Part shown: positions 24,537-37,555 of the stretch, piece after piece
Layout: every line of letters begins with the position of its first letter
Position numbering within the stretch: the stretch's first letter is position 1
NCBI GenBank assembly: GCA_032718475.1
Contig: JAUCBJ010006597.1
Span: forward strand, 1 to 57,989
Source: Nemertoderma westbladi
Lineage: Eukaryota; Animalia; Xenacoelomorpha
Direction: 5' to 3'
Length of the DNA: 57,989 nt
Notes under the pieces: model-generated
Databases searched by the model: none
Seen by the model: only the letters and a program-made list of their open reading frames with translations
Told to the model about the DNA's origin: nothing
Translations under genes and position numbers: made by a program

Positions 24537-24926
24537 GCCCCGGTTGGAATGGGACGGGACAGGAGGATGAGCCCCGGTTGGAATGGGACAATAGGATGAG
24601 CCCCGTTTGGAATGGGACTTGACAGGAGGATGAGCCACGGTTGGAATGGGGCGGGACAGGAGGATTGGCCACGGTTGGAATGGGACGGGACAGGAGGATG
24701 AACCGCGGTTGGCATGGGACGGTATGGGAAAGGAGGATAAGCCCCGGATGGAATGGGGCGGGACAGGAGGATGAGTCCCGGTTGGAATGGGACGGGACAG
24801 GAGGATGAGCCCCGGTTGGAATGGGACGGGGCAGGAGGATGAGCCCCGGTTGGAATGGGGCGGGAGGACGAGCCCGGTTGGAATGGGACAGGAGGATGAG
24901 CCACGGTTGGTGTGGGACGGGGCAGG
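24537..24926. repeat. GC-rich minisatellite, left segment
   Basis: Variable unit GAGCCCCGGTTGGAATGGGAC(GGGAC)AGGAGGAT. Confidence 0.95.
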
Positions 24927-25774
24927 ACTAGGATCGGCATGCTGCATTGCAGCTGCATTTTTAAGAATGCTGTGCCGGCTTGTCAACAAAATTGCACCGC
25001 CACAACTCCCTATCTCCCATGACATTTGCTAGATCATCCGCATCTTTAAGGCCAGTGTCCTTTAAGATGCGTCTCAAGAAAGTCGTCCACCATGCTTATT
25101 CACTCCATGAGGATGCCAAAGTACAAGATTATGCACTGGCTGGTCCTCACGGCGAAAGCAATGTCCTGCAAAGCGGAGGCGATTTTGTTCTAGTGTCAAG
25201 CTTGGGGGAACCAATGAGACACCTCCAATGTTATATAGTGTCTGGTTGGAGATGTGTGCATTGTACTTGACACAATGAACCCGGCGTAGCATTCTTGTGA
25301 ATGTGCCATCCAGAGATTTGGTGTCCTCAGCAGTTAGAGCCCAGCATGGACTCCCGTAGAGGAGTACTGGAACTACTGCTGCTCTAAATAATCGGACCTT
25401 AAGTTTCCGATTAATTCTCGGTGACTTCCAAATCCTGGAAAGCCTATTCAAGGCTGCCCATGCCTTTCCCTTTCGTATTCGAAGGTCCTCACCTGACTTC
25501 CGGATCCATGATCCCAGGTAACAGAAGTCGTCCACATGCTCAAGCATACCATCCTTTGAGCTTATGCTCATCCGATCAGAGACTTGCTGAGGAATTTCAA
25601 AGTTAACGGTCAGAATTTTGGTCTTTCTGGAGTTAATAAAAAGACCAACACTAGAAGCAGCATGTTCTAATGAGCTGAGGAGCCTTTGGGCTCCCTCTAA
25701 TGATTCTGAGAGTACTCCTAAGTCATCAGCAAAGTCTAGATCAGTTAGGTACTTGGCAAGATTTCCTCGACTTC
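24927..25774 (-). mobile_element. 5'-truncated RTE LINE (family B) inserted in the minisatellite
   Basis: Reverse complement matches 43451-44303; encodes DFADD and HVDDFCYLGSWI...RLRFAGHCFR; 3' end GCATGCCGATCCTAG is retained. Confidence 0.93.
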
Positions 25775-25776
25775 AC

Positions 25777-28700
25777 GGACGGGACAGTAGGATGAGATGA
25801 GCCCCGGTTGGAATGGGACGGAACAGTAGGATGAGCCCCGGTTGGAATGGGACAGGAGGACGAGCCCGGTTGGAATGGGGCGGGGCAGGAGGATAAGCCC
25901 CGGTTGGAATGGGCGGGACAGGAGGATGAGCCCCGGTTGGAATGGGACAGGAGGATGAGCCCCGGTTGGAATGGGACAGGAGGACGAGCCCCGGTTGGAA
26001 TGGGATGGGGCAGGAGGATAAGCCCCGGTTGGAATGGGGCGGGACAGGAGGATGAGCCCCGGTTGGAATTGGACGGGACAGGAGGATGAGCCCCGGTTGG
26101 AATGGGACAGGAGGACGAGCCCGGTTGGAATGAGACAGGAGGATGAGCCCCGGTTGGAATGGGACGGGGTAGGAGGATAAGCCCCGGTTGGAATGGGGCG
26201 GGACAGGAGGATGAGCCCCGGTTGGAATTGGACGGGACAGGAGGATGAGCCCCGGTTGGAATGGGACAGGAGGACGAGCCCGGTTGGAATGGGACAGGAG
26301 GACGAGACGGTTGGAATGGGACGGGGCAGGAGGATTAGCCCCGGTGGGAATGGGGCGGGACAGGAGGATGAGCCCTGGTTGGAATGGGATGGGGCAGGAG
26401 GATGAGCCCCGGTTGGAATGGGACAGGAGGACGAGCCCGGTTGGAATGGGACAGGAGGATGAGCCACGGTTGGAATGGGACGGGACAGGAGGATGAGCCC
26501 CGGTTGGAATGGGACGGGGCAGGAGGATGAGACACGGTTGGAATGGGGCGGGGCAGGAGGATGAGACACGGTTGGAATTGGACGGGACAGGAGGATGAGA
26601 TGAGCCCCGGTTGGAATGGGGCAGGACGGGACAGGAGGATGAGATGAGCCCCGGTTGGAATGGGACGGGACAGGAGGATGAGCCCCGGTTGGAATGGGAC
26701 AGGAGGACGAGCCCGGTTGGAATGAGACAGGAGGATGAGCCCCGGTTGGAATGGGACGGGGCAGGAGGATAAGCCCCGGTTGGAATGGGGCGGGACAGGA
26801 GGATGAGCCCCGGTTGTAATGGGACAGGAGGACGAGCCCGGTTGGAATGGGACAGGAGGATGAGCCACGGTTGGAATTGGACGGGACAGGAGGATGAGCG
26901 CCGGTTGGAATGGGGCGGGACGGGACAGGAGGATGAGATGAGCCCCGGTTGGAATGGGACGGGACAGGAGGATGATCCCCGGTTGGAATGGGACAGGAGG
27001 ATGAGCCCCGATTGGAATGGGACAGGAGGATGAGCCCCGGTTGGAATGGGACAGGAGGATGAGCCCCGGTTGGAATGGGACGGGACAGGAGGATGAGCCC
27101 CGGTTGGAATGGGACAGGAGGACGAGCCCGGTTGGAATGAGACAGGAGGATGAGCCCCGGTTGGAATGGGACGGGGCAGGAGGATAAGCCCCGGTTGGAA
27201 TGGGGCGGGACAGGAGGATGAGCCCCGGTTGTAATGGGACAGGAGGACGAGCCCGGTTGGAATGGGACAGGAGGATGAGCCACGGTTGGAATTGGACGGG
27301 ACAGGAGGATGAGCGCCGGTTGGAATGGGGCGGGACGGGACAGGAGGATGAGATGAGCCCCGGTTGGAATGGGACGGGACAGGAGGATGAGCCCCGGTTG
27401 GAATGGGACAGGAGGATGAGCCCCGATTGGAATGGGACAGGAGGATGAGCCCCGGTTGGAATGGGACAGGAGGATGAGCCCCGGTTGGAATGGGACGGGG
27501 CAGGAGGATGAGACACGGTTGGAATGGGGCGGGGCAGGAGGATGAGACACGGTTGGAATTGGACGGGACAGGAGGATGAGATGAGCCCCGGTTGGAATGG
27601 GGCAGGACGGGACAGGAGGATGAGATGAGCCCCGGTTGGAATGGGACGGGACAGGAGGATGAGCCCCGGTTGGAATGGGACAGGAGGACGAGCCCGGTTG
27701 GAATGAGACAGGAGGATGAGCCCCGGTTGGAATGGGACGGGGCAGGAGGATAAGCCCCGGTTGGAATGGGGCGGGACAGGAGGATGAGCCCCGGTTGTAA
27801 TGGGACAGGAGGACGAGCCCGGTTGGAATGGGACAGGAGGATGAGCCACGGTTGGAATTGGACGGGACAGGAGGATGAGCGCCGGTTGGAATGGGGCGGG
27901 ACGGGACAGGAGGATGAGATGAGCCCCGGTTGGAATGGGACGGGACAGGAGGATGAGCCCCGGTTGGAATGGGACAGGAGGATGAGCCCCGATTGGAATG
28001 GGACAGGAGGATGAGCCCCGGTTGGAATGGGACAGGAGGATGAGCCCCGGTTGGAATGGGACGGGGCAGGAGGATGAGCCCCGGTTGGAATGGGACGGGG
28101 CAGGAGGATGAGACACGGTTGGAATGGGACGGGGCAGGAGGATGAGACACGGTTGGAATTGGACGGGACAGGAGGATGAGCGCCGGTTGGAATGGGGCGG
28201 GACGGGACAGGAGGATGAGCGCCGGTTGGAATGGGGCGGGACGGGACAGGAGGATGAGATGAGCCCCGGTTGGAATGGGACGGGACAGGAGGATGAGCCC
28301 CGGTTGGAATGGGACGGGGAGGAGGATGAGCCCCGGTTGGAATGGGACGGGACAGGAGCATGATCCCCGGTTGGAATGGGGCGGAACAGGAGGATGAGCC
28401 TCGGTTGGAATGGGACAGGAGGATGAGCCCCGGTTGGAATGGGGCAATGGGACGCCCGGTTGGAATGGGACGGGACAGGAGGATGATCCCCGGTTGGAAT
28501 AGGACGGGACAGGAGGATGAGCGCCGGTTGGAATGGGGCGGGGCGGGACAGGAGGATGAGATGAGCCCCGTATGGAATGGGACGGGACAGGAGGATGAGC
28601 CACAGTTGGAATGCGACGGGACGGGACAGGACGATGAGTCCCAGTTGGAATGGGACGGGACAGGACGATGAGCCCCGGTTGAAATGGGACGGGACAGGAG

Positions 28701-29207
28701 TATGAGCCCCAGTTGGAATGGGACAGGAGGATGAGCCCCGGTTGGAATGGGGCAGGAAAGGAAGACGAGCCCTGGTTGGAATGGGACGGGACGGGGCAGG
28801 ACGATGAGTCCCGGTTGGAATGTGACGGGACAGGACGATGAGCCCCGGTTGGAATGGGATGGGACATGAGTATAACCCCCTGTTGGAATGGGACGGGACA
28901 GGAGGATGAGGCCCGCTTGGAATGGTACGGGACAGGAGGATGATCCCCGGTTGGAATAGGGTGGGGCAGGAGGATGAGCTCCGGGTGGAATGGGACGGGA
29001 TATAAGAGGATGAGCCCCGGTTGGAATGGATCAGGAGTATGAGCCCCGGTTGGAATGGGGCAGGAAAGGAGGACGAGCCCTGGTTGGAATGGGACGGGAC
29101 GGGACAGGACGATGAGTCCCGGTTGGAATGGGACGGGACAGGATGATGAGCCCAGGCCGGAATGGGACGGGACAGGAGGATGAGCCTTGGTTAGAATGGG
29201 ATGGAAC
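25777..29207. repeat. GC-rich minisatellite, main segment (~3.4 kb)
   Basis: Same unit family (about 28-39 bp variants); duplicated super-blocks about 981 bp apart (26521 vs 27502); more diverged beyond ~28350. The long ORFs here are repeat translations. Confidence 0.96.
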
Positions 29208-30938
29208 AATTATTAATTAGAAAAATATTCGATGGTATGGTGGCTCCAAAGCTATATCATGAAAGGATAAATGCAGAAAAGGCAGAAAAATAAATTTGAG
29301 TTAAATTTGAAGAGACACAATACCGTATATACCATTACCGGTACCTAGTGTAGGTCGTACCATACTTATGTATATATACCGGTATATAAACGGCTTAAGG
29401 TAAGCTGGCTACTAAATGAAATTATTATATGTTTGCAGATGCGTTGCTAATACTGATCTGAGGAAATTCTAATTTATATAATGGCAGACATAAAGGCCTT
29501 GGCAGACATGAAGGCATTGGCAGACATGACGGCATTGGTGACAGTATTCAGCTGATTGGTACGTTTCGGATTCCAACGCAATGCGACTGTCAGACTGCAT
29601 AGTGAAGTTCCCAAAGGACAATGACAATCATTGGTGGTATTGCTAAGTCTGTCAGGCATATATAATTGACTTAATTCAATGCGATTAATTAACAGTGAGG
29701 TATGTAAGCAATTGGTGCGGTTTGATAACGTAAGCGACAAAATCAAACCAAGTTCGGCTGTTTGGTAGCCTATAAACCGACCTGGCTGATTTATTCTTGG
29801 GTATGGGATTGGGGATGGGGGCTTGGAAGATTCTTTCTAAGAAACATGTATGTTGACCGGTTTCGACAAGCAGGATGTTATCGGCTGAAGTTTATGTTGT
29901 TGCTTCAAATATTAGTTAAGCCTAAGTCACAAAATTAATATTTGCCAGTCAGCCAGTAGTTCTCCTGTGGAAAAGCCAAACTATATCAGCCTCATCAGCC
30001 TATTGCCCTACTAACCTTAGCATCCTGCATCCTGAGAAAGCCCACTTGATTGGAGCGAAACGTAACGATCAGCTGATCACTGATTGCAGTGCAAGCTGAG
30101 TCACCTAACAAACTTGATGTTGTTCTGTTGTTAATTTGTTAGGGCCTATATGAAATATGTACATGCTGATATGCTGAAATAAGGACCCTCAGTTTAAACT
30201 TATTTTACGAATGGTGGTAAAACATTCGTCTGCAATACCGGTATGAGGGTTGTAGATGGTTGAGACTTGAGACATGGCACTCTATGTCTGAAATAGCCAA
30301 ATCGGGTTAATACTTTTGGTGACTTTATGTTTATACCATTAGATATTGATACGACTGCGACTGATGCAATTATCAAAAACATGCTATATTATAGAGCAAG
30401 AGCAACCACAAATAATAATTTCATTTGAAATTAATCATATGTATACTCTGATACTCTTTCACTCTGGTAGTGAATGCTGGGTGGTAGGGAAATTTATGCT
30501 ACTGGTACATACATATACAACTATTAAACATTAAACATATATAAATATAATATTCCATAATTTGATAATCATGTATAACTGTATAATAGTATATATATAC
30601 CGGTAATTAAAATTTAATACAGCTAAATGGTATACCGGTATGCTATTGTCTACTTTACATACCGGTACTATTAAATATACTGTAGGCCTACTTTACTGAT
30701 ATGTAGATATATATATTCATCAAGAATGAAGAAGACTCACAAATGTCAAAAACATCAAATGGATACCGGTAATTATCAATTATGTAGATTGTTATAAGCT
30801 GTTAAGTGTAAATAATAAGTGAAATTAACCAAAAACTGGTATTTAAAGATATGTAGGTCTGCCTATGTGTGTACGACTATGCTACTATATATATTACACA
30901 CACATGTCAAACAAACATTCACCTAGATAGGCTAGGTA

Positions 30939-31333
30939 TTTAATAAATATTATTAGGAATATAATTCATTAATTAATAAATATGATGCCAGAGCTAGGAA
31001 TATCTTTCATAAATATTTTTTTTCAAATTCACTGTAAATAAAATTATATTAGGGTATTAAGTAGGCCTATGTAAACAATACCGCACCGGTAGTTTATATT
31101 GCATTATGTATATATATATGTATGTACGGCGGGTATTTCTTTAATAAATATTATTAGGAATATAATTCATTAATTAATAAATATGATGCCAGAGCTAGGA
31201 ATATCTTTCATTAATATTTTTTTTCAAATTCACTGTAAATAAAATTATATTAGGGTATTAAGTAGGCCTATGTAAACAATACCGCACCGGTAGTTTATAT
31301 TGCATTATGTATATATATATGTATGTATGGCGG
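30939..31333. repeat. 201-bp tandem duplication
   Basis: TTTAATAAATATTATTAGGAAT...GTATGTA(C/T)GGCGG occurs at 30939 and 31140, near-identical. Confidence 0.92.
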
Positions 31334-31398
31334 TGTATTTGGTTATGATATGAGGTACTTATATACAAGGTATTTAAAATTTATAAGTAATCAAGCCC

Positions 31399-31640
31399 AA
31401 GTAGACCGGAAGTATATATATATATATATACCGGTATTATATATATAGGAAAACTAAAACTAAGTAAGTATATAAGTCCAAGTAGACCGGAAGTATATAC
31501 CGGTATTATATATATAGGAAAACTAAAACTAAGTAAGTATATAAGTCAAAGTAGACCGGAAGTATATATATATATATATATATACTGATATATATACCAG
31601 TATTATATATATAGGAAAATTAAAACTAAGTAAGTATATA
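31399..31640. repeat. Three imperfect ~70-80-bp tandem units with (TA)n length variation
   Basis: AAGTAGACCGGAAGTATA(TA)n..CCGGTATTATATATATAGGAAAACTAAAACTAAGTAAGTATATA repeated three times. Confidence 0.85.
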
Positions 31641-31744
31641 CCGGAAACATATGTTGTAGTGTAGATCAATTGCAAACTCATATTCATATATATACTGCTG
31701 TAGGGCAGGTACCGGTAATTAATATAATATAATACTGTAATATA

Positions 31745-33147
31745 CAGTTAGGTACAATGGCCAAATCTGGCAATGATTGTGATTGCCATATTTGGCAACC
31801 AAGCAAAATCTGGCAACAATTCTGATTGCCTGATTTGGCAACTATATAAAGCCGTTGTTGCCATATTTGGCAACTTAACTAACTCATTGAATATGGATTT
31901 TATGGTTCTGCGTCATTAAGTCCTTCTATGGCAGTATGGTCATTCCTTAGATCCTGAAATGTTAATGTTAGGCCTAGAAAAACAAAGGCAAAGGGGTACA
32001 GCGTACAGGTTATACTTATACCAGTAGTGGCATATTCTAAGTTCTAACCAATACAGCAATATATCCTAATAAATGAGGTGAGAATGAGAGTCAATAACAC
32101 AAACACAGACTGACTGGTGATAGTTTTTTTTGCTCTTTTGAGATTTTTGCTAGTAATCTCTGGCGCTGCTTGGGGAGGTGGTTGATTGTTGTTTGTACCA
32201 ATAATAGTTTAGTAGTTAACGATTGTAACTGTGTAATGCTGATACAATTGCCCAGTAATCTAAATCATCCTTCACTCTATATCAGTTCAGTATATCTATC
32301 TTTCCATTCCTACATCTCAGTATACAGACATATTATGAAAATAATTTCATCCCGTTTTTCATTAGCTGATTAGGGCCTACTAGAAACAATTTGTTGAATC
32401 CCTTAACCTGTTAACACGCGTTTTGGTTTTCTCAGTCTTTCTAAATTTTGACACTATTTTTCTTCCGTCACGCCGTTTCTCAAACTTTAATGCCCCCTTG
32501 CCTTCTTGCTGCCTTTTGGTGATGTTAACGTTCTGACGTTGTCAAATATTATTACGTTTATTTCCATTTCAGCCTTTGAAGCATGTGATTCTTTAGATTT
32601 GTTTATGCCTATACCATACTGCCATAGCAGATAGGGCCTATAGCCCAGTCTACCAGTACGGTATCTGTTACAGACTCATCCATCTGTCCATTAACATATT
32701 AACAACATATCAAATAGGCCTACATTCTGACATTTCATCAACTAATAATGTTTATAAATCATCACAACTCGACAAGGGTAAGCAAGCAGTAAGCAATTTT
32801 GAAGTAATTTACAATGACAGGGTTACTGACAGGGCTGCACAATAATAATTGTTGCCAAAAATGGCAACCATTATTTTTCTTTAATTCTAATGGTTGCCAA
32901 AAATGGCAATAATTATTTTAGGCACATTTCGGCCTATTGCTAAGAGAAATTCAGACGATGATTTTTTTTCTTATACGGTCAATTATATTTAAATTTCGCG
33001 CTCTTTTCACTTAACTATTTACCAAAATGCGATTTTGCTTCTGGGCGTGCGAAAATTAGAAAAACCAAAAGTTGCCAGATTTGGCAATAAACATTGCCAT
33101 ATGTGGCAACTTTTGAGGTTGCCAGATTTGGCCATTGTACCTAACTG
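31745..33147. mobile_element. Non-autonomous TIR DNA transposon (1.4 kb)
   Basis: Perfect 29-bp TIR CAGTTAGGTACAATGGCCAAATCTGGCAA / TTGCCAGATTTGGCCATTGTACCTAACTG; ATATA on both flanks; subterminal TTGCC-N6-GGCAA palindromes. Confidence 0.9.
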
Positions 33148-33320
33148 ATATAGGCCGATGGGGTAGATTACTGGTATACCGATAGGCCCTATACTGCTAT
33201 ACACTATAGGCCTATATAATAATACTGTACCCGTACATAAAACAAAAAAATAATTATACTTTACGCGTTTACGGTGGTTAAGTTAATACTTTAGTAATAC
33301 AATAAGCGAATATAATTAAT

Positions 33321-33572
33321 TGAGACAGGGGAGGAAACTCGACGCAAAACCCACCTTGGCGAAATAATATCCCACCCCAATATTAAATTCTCAATTTAGG
33401 GAAAGGAACAGGTTACAGTGGCACGTTATTTTAACCAAAACAATTAACTAAGCACAATAGAACAGGCAGACAGGATACAGTTTTATTTTTGAGAATAATC
33501 AGCTGTTATTTGCGTCGAATTTCCCCTGGAGAGGGATGAATTTTTATTGCGTCCAGTTTCCCCCCCTATCAC
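33321..33572 (+). mobile_element. MITE (GAGACAGGGG family), most complete copy
   Basis: Imperfect TIRs TGAGACAGGGGAGGAAACTCGACGCAA / TTGCGTCCAGTTTCCCCCCCTATCACA in an AATTAATT context; body matches 5064-5278. Confidence 0.75.
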
Positions 33573-34683
33573 AATTAATTAATATATATAATATAATATA
33601 ACATATAATACAGTAATATATATCCATGATCCAATTAAGCAGCAAAGCAAGCAAATATATTAATTATTAAAATAGCCTAATCATATTATTATGTGGTCTA
33701 TACTTGGCCTACTACCTGACTACAGTATTATTATTACCGGTCTGCTGGTAGGCCTATATTTTTTTATCCTACGAATTCCGTACACCAAAGGCTGAAAGGC
33801 CAAAAGACCTCAAACAGCCAAAATAGTAAAAAAATAGGCCTACACCAAACTGCCAAAATACAGAAATAGCTGAATAGGCCTAACAGCCTAACTAAGTCAA
33901 CAATGTTTATTAACAGTCTGACAGTGAGGGAAAAGATCTGGTTACAGTAATAGCTTAACAGCTTAACCTAATCAAAACAATAAATGAGAGTCAAGGGAAC
34001 ATTTTGCTGTGTTAGCAGTATTTTGCTGTTTTGGGGTTAGGCCTATTCCTATTCTATATATATACAATAAATTAATATACTGATATATCAGCAATAAATT
34101 AAATATATCGGCAATGAATATAATTATCGGCAATAAATTAATTTGTCAGCAATAAATTAATTTAGGCCAAACAGTTTAAGGCACCGGTACGTACGTACAG
34201 AAGTACAGTAGTCAGGTAGGCCTAGTGGTAGTAGTACGGGTATCAGAATCAGTGTAGGTCAGTAGGCATCAGACCACAGACATACAGACCGACTCCCTGC
34301 CTGCCTGCAGCCCTGACTGCATGTAACAGCATGTCACTGTCAGTGGCAGAGTGGTCAGCCTGTGATAGGCTACGTCCAGATGTACCCGTATGTTACTGAC
34401 AATTGTCAGTCTTATCTGCTTATTCATTATTAGCCTAACAGCCTAATCTGTCAATTGAGCAACTGAAAACTCACCTGTCTTTCCGAGGCCCAACCTAAAA
34501 CAGTAAAAGCCCAGCAGCCCAGTGCTGCAGTGAAACACTACTGCCGTACTGCAGTACCGGTACTGAACCTCTGCTGCTGCAACTGCAGAACTGTAGCAAC
34601 TGAACTAGGATGGCTAAAACGTCTGTCCTTATCTAATCTGATCTGATCTGACGGTATCTGACACTTGTTCCACCTTGGTTCAG

Positions 34684-34905
34684 AGCGCACCTTGGTGTAG
34701 TGGTTATATTGAATTCACATATCTCGGAGGTTCTGGGTTCAACCCCGGCGTGGGGGCCAAGGTAGTTTTCGTTTCGGCACGAATGTTTTGAAGGGTATAG
34801 CGAGGCATCTATGCCTTGCATCCTTAAATGGTAGCTAAATGAGTAATGGACTTTCTGCCTATGTCGACCAGCATGTGAAGTTTCCCCGGTATTCCCCTTA
34901 AACAC
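34684..34905 (+). mobile_element. tRNA-derived SINE (or tRNA pseudogene head)
   Basis: Pol III A-box-like TGGTGTAGTGG (~34692) and B-box-like GGTTCAACCC (~34736) at tRNA spacing; no convincing cloverleaf; followed by ~150 bp of body and a poly-G run. Confidence 0.55.
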
Positions 34906-35078
34906 GGGGGGGGGGGGGGGGGGTCAATATAACACCTCCCGCTCTGAAACTAACGATACTAACTAAAAGACTAACTGAAACGAACTAAAAGGAATTCAAA
35001 TAAAATAAGCTGGAAATCTAAAATTTGTTTTTAGCGGCTGGTGCGAAATTTTGGTGCCGGCCCATGTGACGAATACCG

Positions 35079-35299
35079 CCCATGTGAAGAATACCAGGAT
35101 TTCACTTTTTGGTCGACTTTTACTGGAATTTTATATATGAAGATTTTAATTATTTTTTAATTTATCTTTATTGAGTGTATTATAGAGCTTATTTATGTCT
35201 TATAACCTGTAAAGATACTAATTCGTTTATTGTTTTGGTTATATTCAGCCGTTCTGTAACCTGTGTTTTTGGTGAAAACCTGGTATTCTTCACATGGGG
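35079..35299. mobile_element. MITE-like element with CCCATGTGAAGAATACCAGG inverted ends
   Basis: CCCATGTGAAGAATACCAGG (35079) is inverted as CCTGGTATTCTTCACATGGG (35279); a related copy lies at 44693-44857. Confidence 0.65.
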
Positions 35300-36710
35300 T
35301 AACTGGCAAAGTGAAATATAACGGCATAAAGTCTGGTATTCTTCGCCCATGTAAAGAATACCAGGATTTCACTTTTCGGTCGATTTTTTATTGGTCGATA
35401 TTTTTTATTAAATTTATCTTTATTAAGTGTTTTATGCGCGTGCGCGATGTCCTTTATCTTTTGAGGGGGATGATCTATTGATCAGTCAGTCAGACGGTTA
35501 GTAAGAAGGTGGGTGTAAACAAGCCGCCGCGGTAACATATTCTCCTTTCCCTCAATTGGTAGGTAACAAAATCCTTTATTATTTTGGTTAGAAAACTCTG
35601 TCTCGGTAACCTGCTCCTTTCCCTCAATTTGTAGGTAAAACGTCGTTTATTGTTTTGGTTAGAAATTGCAGCCGCTGTAACCTGCTCTTTTCCTTCAATT
35701 GGAAGGTAACAACAGCGTGTATTAATTCCCACATTCCCATCCACCTTCCCATATTCCTTCATTGTCTGAGTATAAACTCCACTGTATCAGCTGGCAATAT
35801 GGGGCATGTTAAGTGTTTCGTCATAATACACACTACACAGTACTGTAGGCCTAGAGAGATACCCCTTCCTGCCTTCCCTTTAGATGTTTAGCGTAACAAA
35901 CAAACAATAAATATTTTAAATGTAATGTATTAATAAGTATAATTACTTAATTAATAATATTAATTATAATTAATATAATTAACTTTAACTATTACTAATG
36001 ATAACTATTAACAAGAAAGATTTACGAAAATATTGCAGCAAATGCTGTATTGTTTTTAATAAATGTTTAATGTTTCAACACCAACTAAATCTACGAAAGT
36101 TGTTTACATCTGAAACTATCCATCTTTGCTGAGACAATCATACCCGCCATCCTTCATCCTACTGTATATCGCATTTTTGTGCATTAGATGCATACCGGTA
36201 TGCCTGTACTGCTACGTCATATGATGATACTGATACATAAACAGGTAACGTGAAACGTCATCCCCTATTCAGTTATTGGCTATTTACCTAACAGACAGTT
36301 AGGTAAATATTATATATCTTTCTCCTGATTGGTTATACAGTACGATCAGATGCTGTCAGATCAGATAAGGACAGACGTTTTATTCCACCTCCAACTGAAC
36401 AATGAACGTACTTAATGACGCTTAAAACATTTAAGATAAATGTACAGTACTTACACAAACACCGGTAGTTGGCTAAAATACATAATGATAATATGTATTT
36501 ATACATATCCGAATACGATACCACATAAGCCATAAGCAGATAAGTGCTGTCGTTCAAGTGGTATCACCATCCCCTGCAGCATCAAATGCGCCCTCCATAT
36601 CAGTATAGCTGACCACGATAGGGTTTCCGGTATCGATATAAGCGCAACGGAAAACTACAGTAGATGATGGAGATATCACAAACCCCTCAAATACTGTAAA
36701 ATGCTACAGT

Positions 36711-37535
36711 ACTACGCGAATGTGCGCTCTATCAATGGTGTATCAAAACAAACTGAACCGGAAGTTATTCTATCAACGTGCGAGTTTGCTCTTATTGCCC
36801 TCAGTGAAACCTTCCTTGATCCCGATACCCGCCGACTCGTGTTGTTTGGGGGAGTATAAAAGTACCCGAGTTGTTTTGCAGGGACAGATCGAAGAATCGT
36901 GTAGGTGGTGGAGTCGCCTTAATTTGCAACCGTTCGCTAAGCCCTATTGAGGTTACTGAAATGTTTAATAGTTGAAGGTAAAGAAAGCTAAATGCTTATG
37001 GCACCCGTACAAATCGATAGAAAACCCAATTACTGGAAAGGTCAAACTGAAAGTAAATAATATGTATTACCGGTATGTATGTATGTACAGTACACGTGTA
37101 GCAAACGTTTTGTAAAATCATGAAACTGATAAAATTTTGTAAAATATTAAATAGAATCATGGCGTATAAAAACAGTACGGTATGTAAAATAGGTCAAAAC
37201 ATTTGAATTATTCCAGTTGAATTCGCAGATGTTGAATGTGTTGCAGTCGATATTTCATGTAGTACTCCCGTTCGAGTGATATGTGTCTACCGACCACCAG
37301 ATACAGTATTCAATATAATAATTTGCTTTGTGAATTAATTGAAATGCTTTGCTCTGCTGTTTCTTATACAACTGTAGTCGTCGGTGACTTTAATTACCCT
37401 GATTTTAATTGGCAAAATGGTAGTTTTCCTTCGACCAATAGAGCATATAATAATTTTAATGATCTTTTATCCCTTTGTAATTTTACACAGCTTGTCAATT
37501 TTCCTACTCGAAATAATAATCTTTTAGATTTTATT
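36711..37535 (+). mobile_element. CR1/L2-type LINE APE endonuclease fragment (decayed)
   Basis: Motifs YANVRSI, IALSETFL, GGGVALIC, ECVAVDI, VICVYRPP, VVGDFNYPDFNW, QLVNFPTRNNNLLDFI across frameshifts; interrupted by a ~250-bp AT-rich insert (~36957-37207). Confidence 0.85.
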
Positions 37536-37555
37536 TCAGATTTTAAGCCAACCAA

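Noticed and set aside
25745-29209. Pro/Ser-rich ORFs of 593-1154 aa
   Set aside because: Translations of the minisatellite; the same peptides rotate among all three minus frames.
34684-34760. Functional tRNA gene
   Set aside because: A and B boxes are present, but I could not fold convincing acceptor and anticodon stems and there is no immediate terminator; a SINE head is more likely.
36978-37216. GT...AG bounded insert in CR1 as a spliceosomal intron
   Set aside because: Splicing would leave an in-frame stop, and LINE ORFs are intronless; a small MITE-like insertion flanked by TTA is more plausible.
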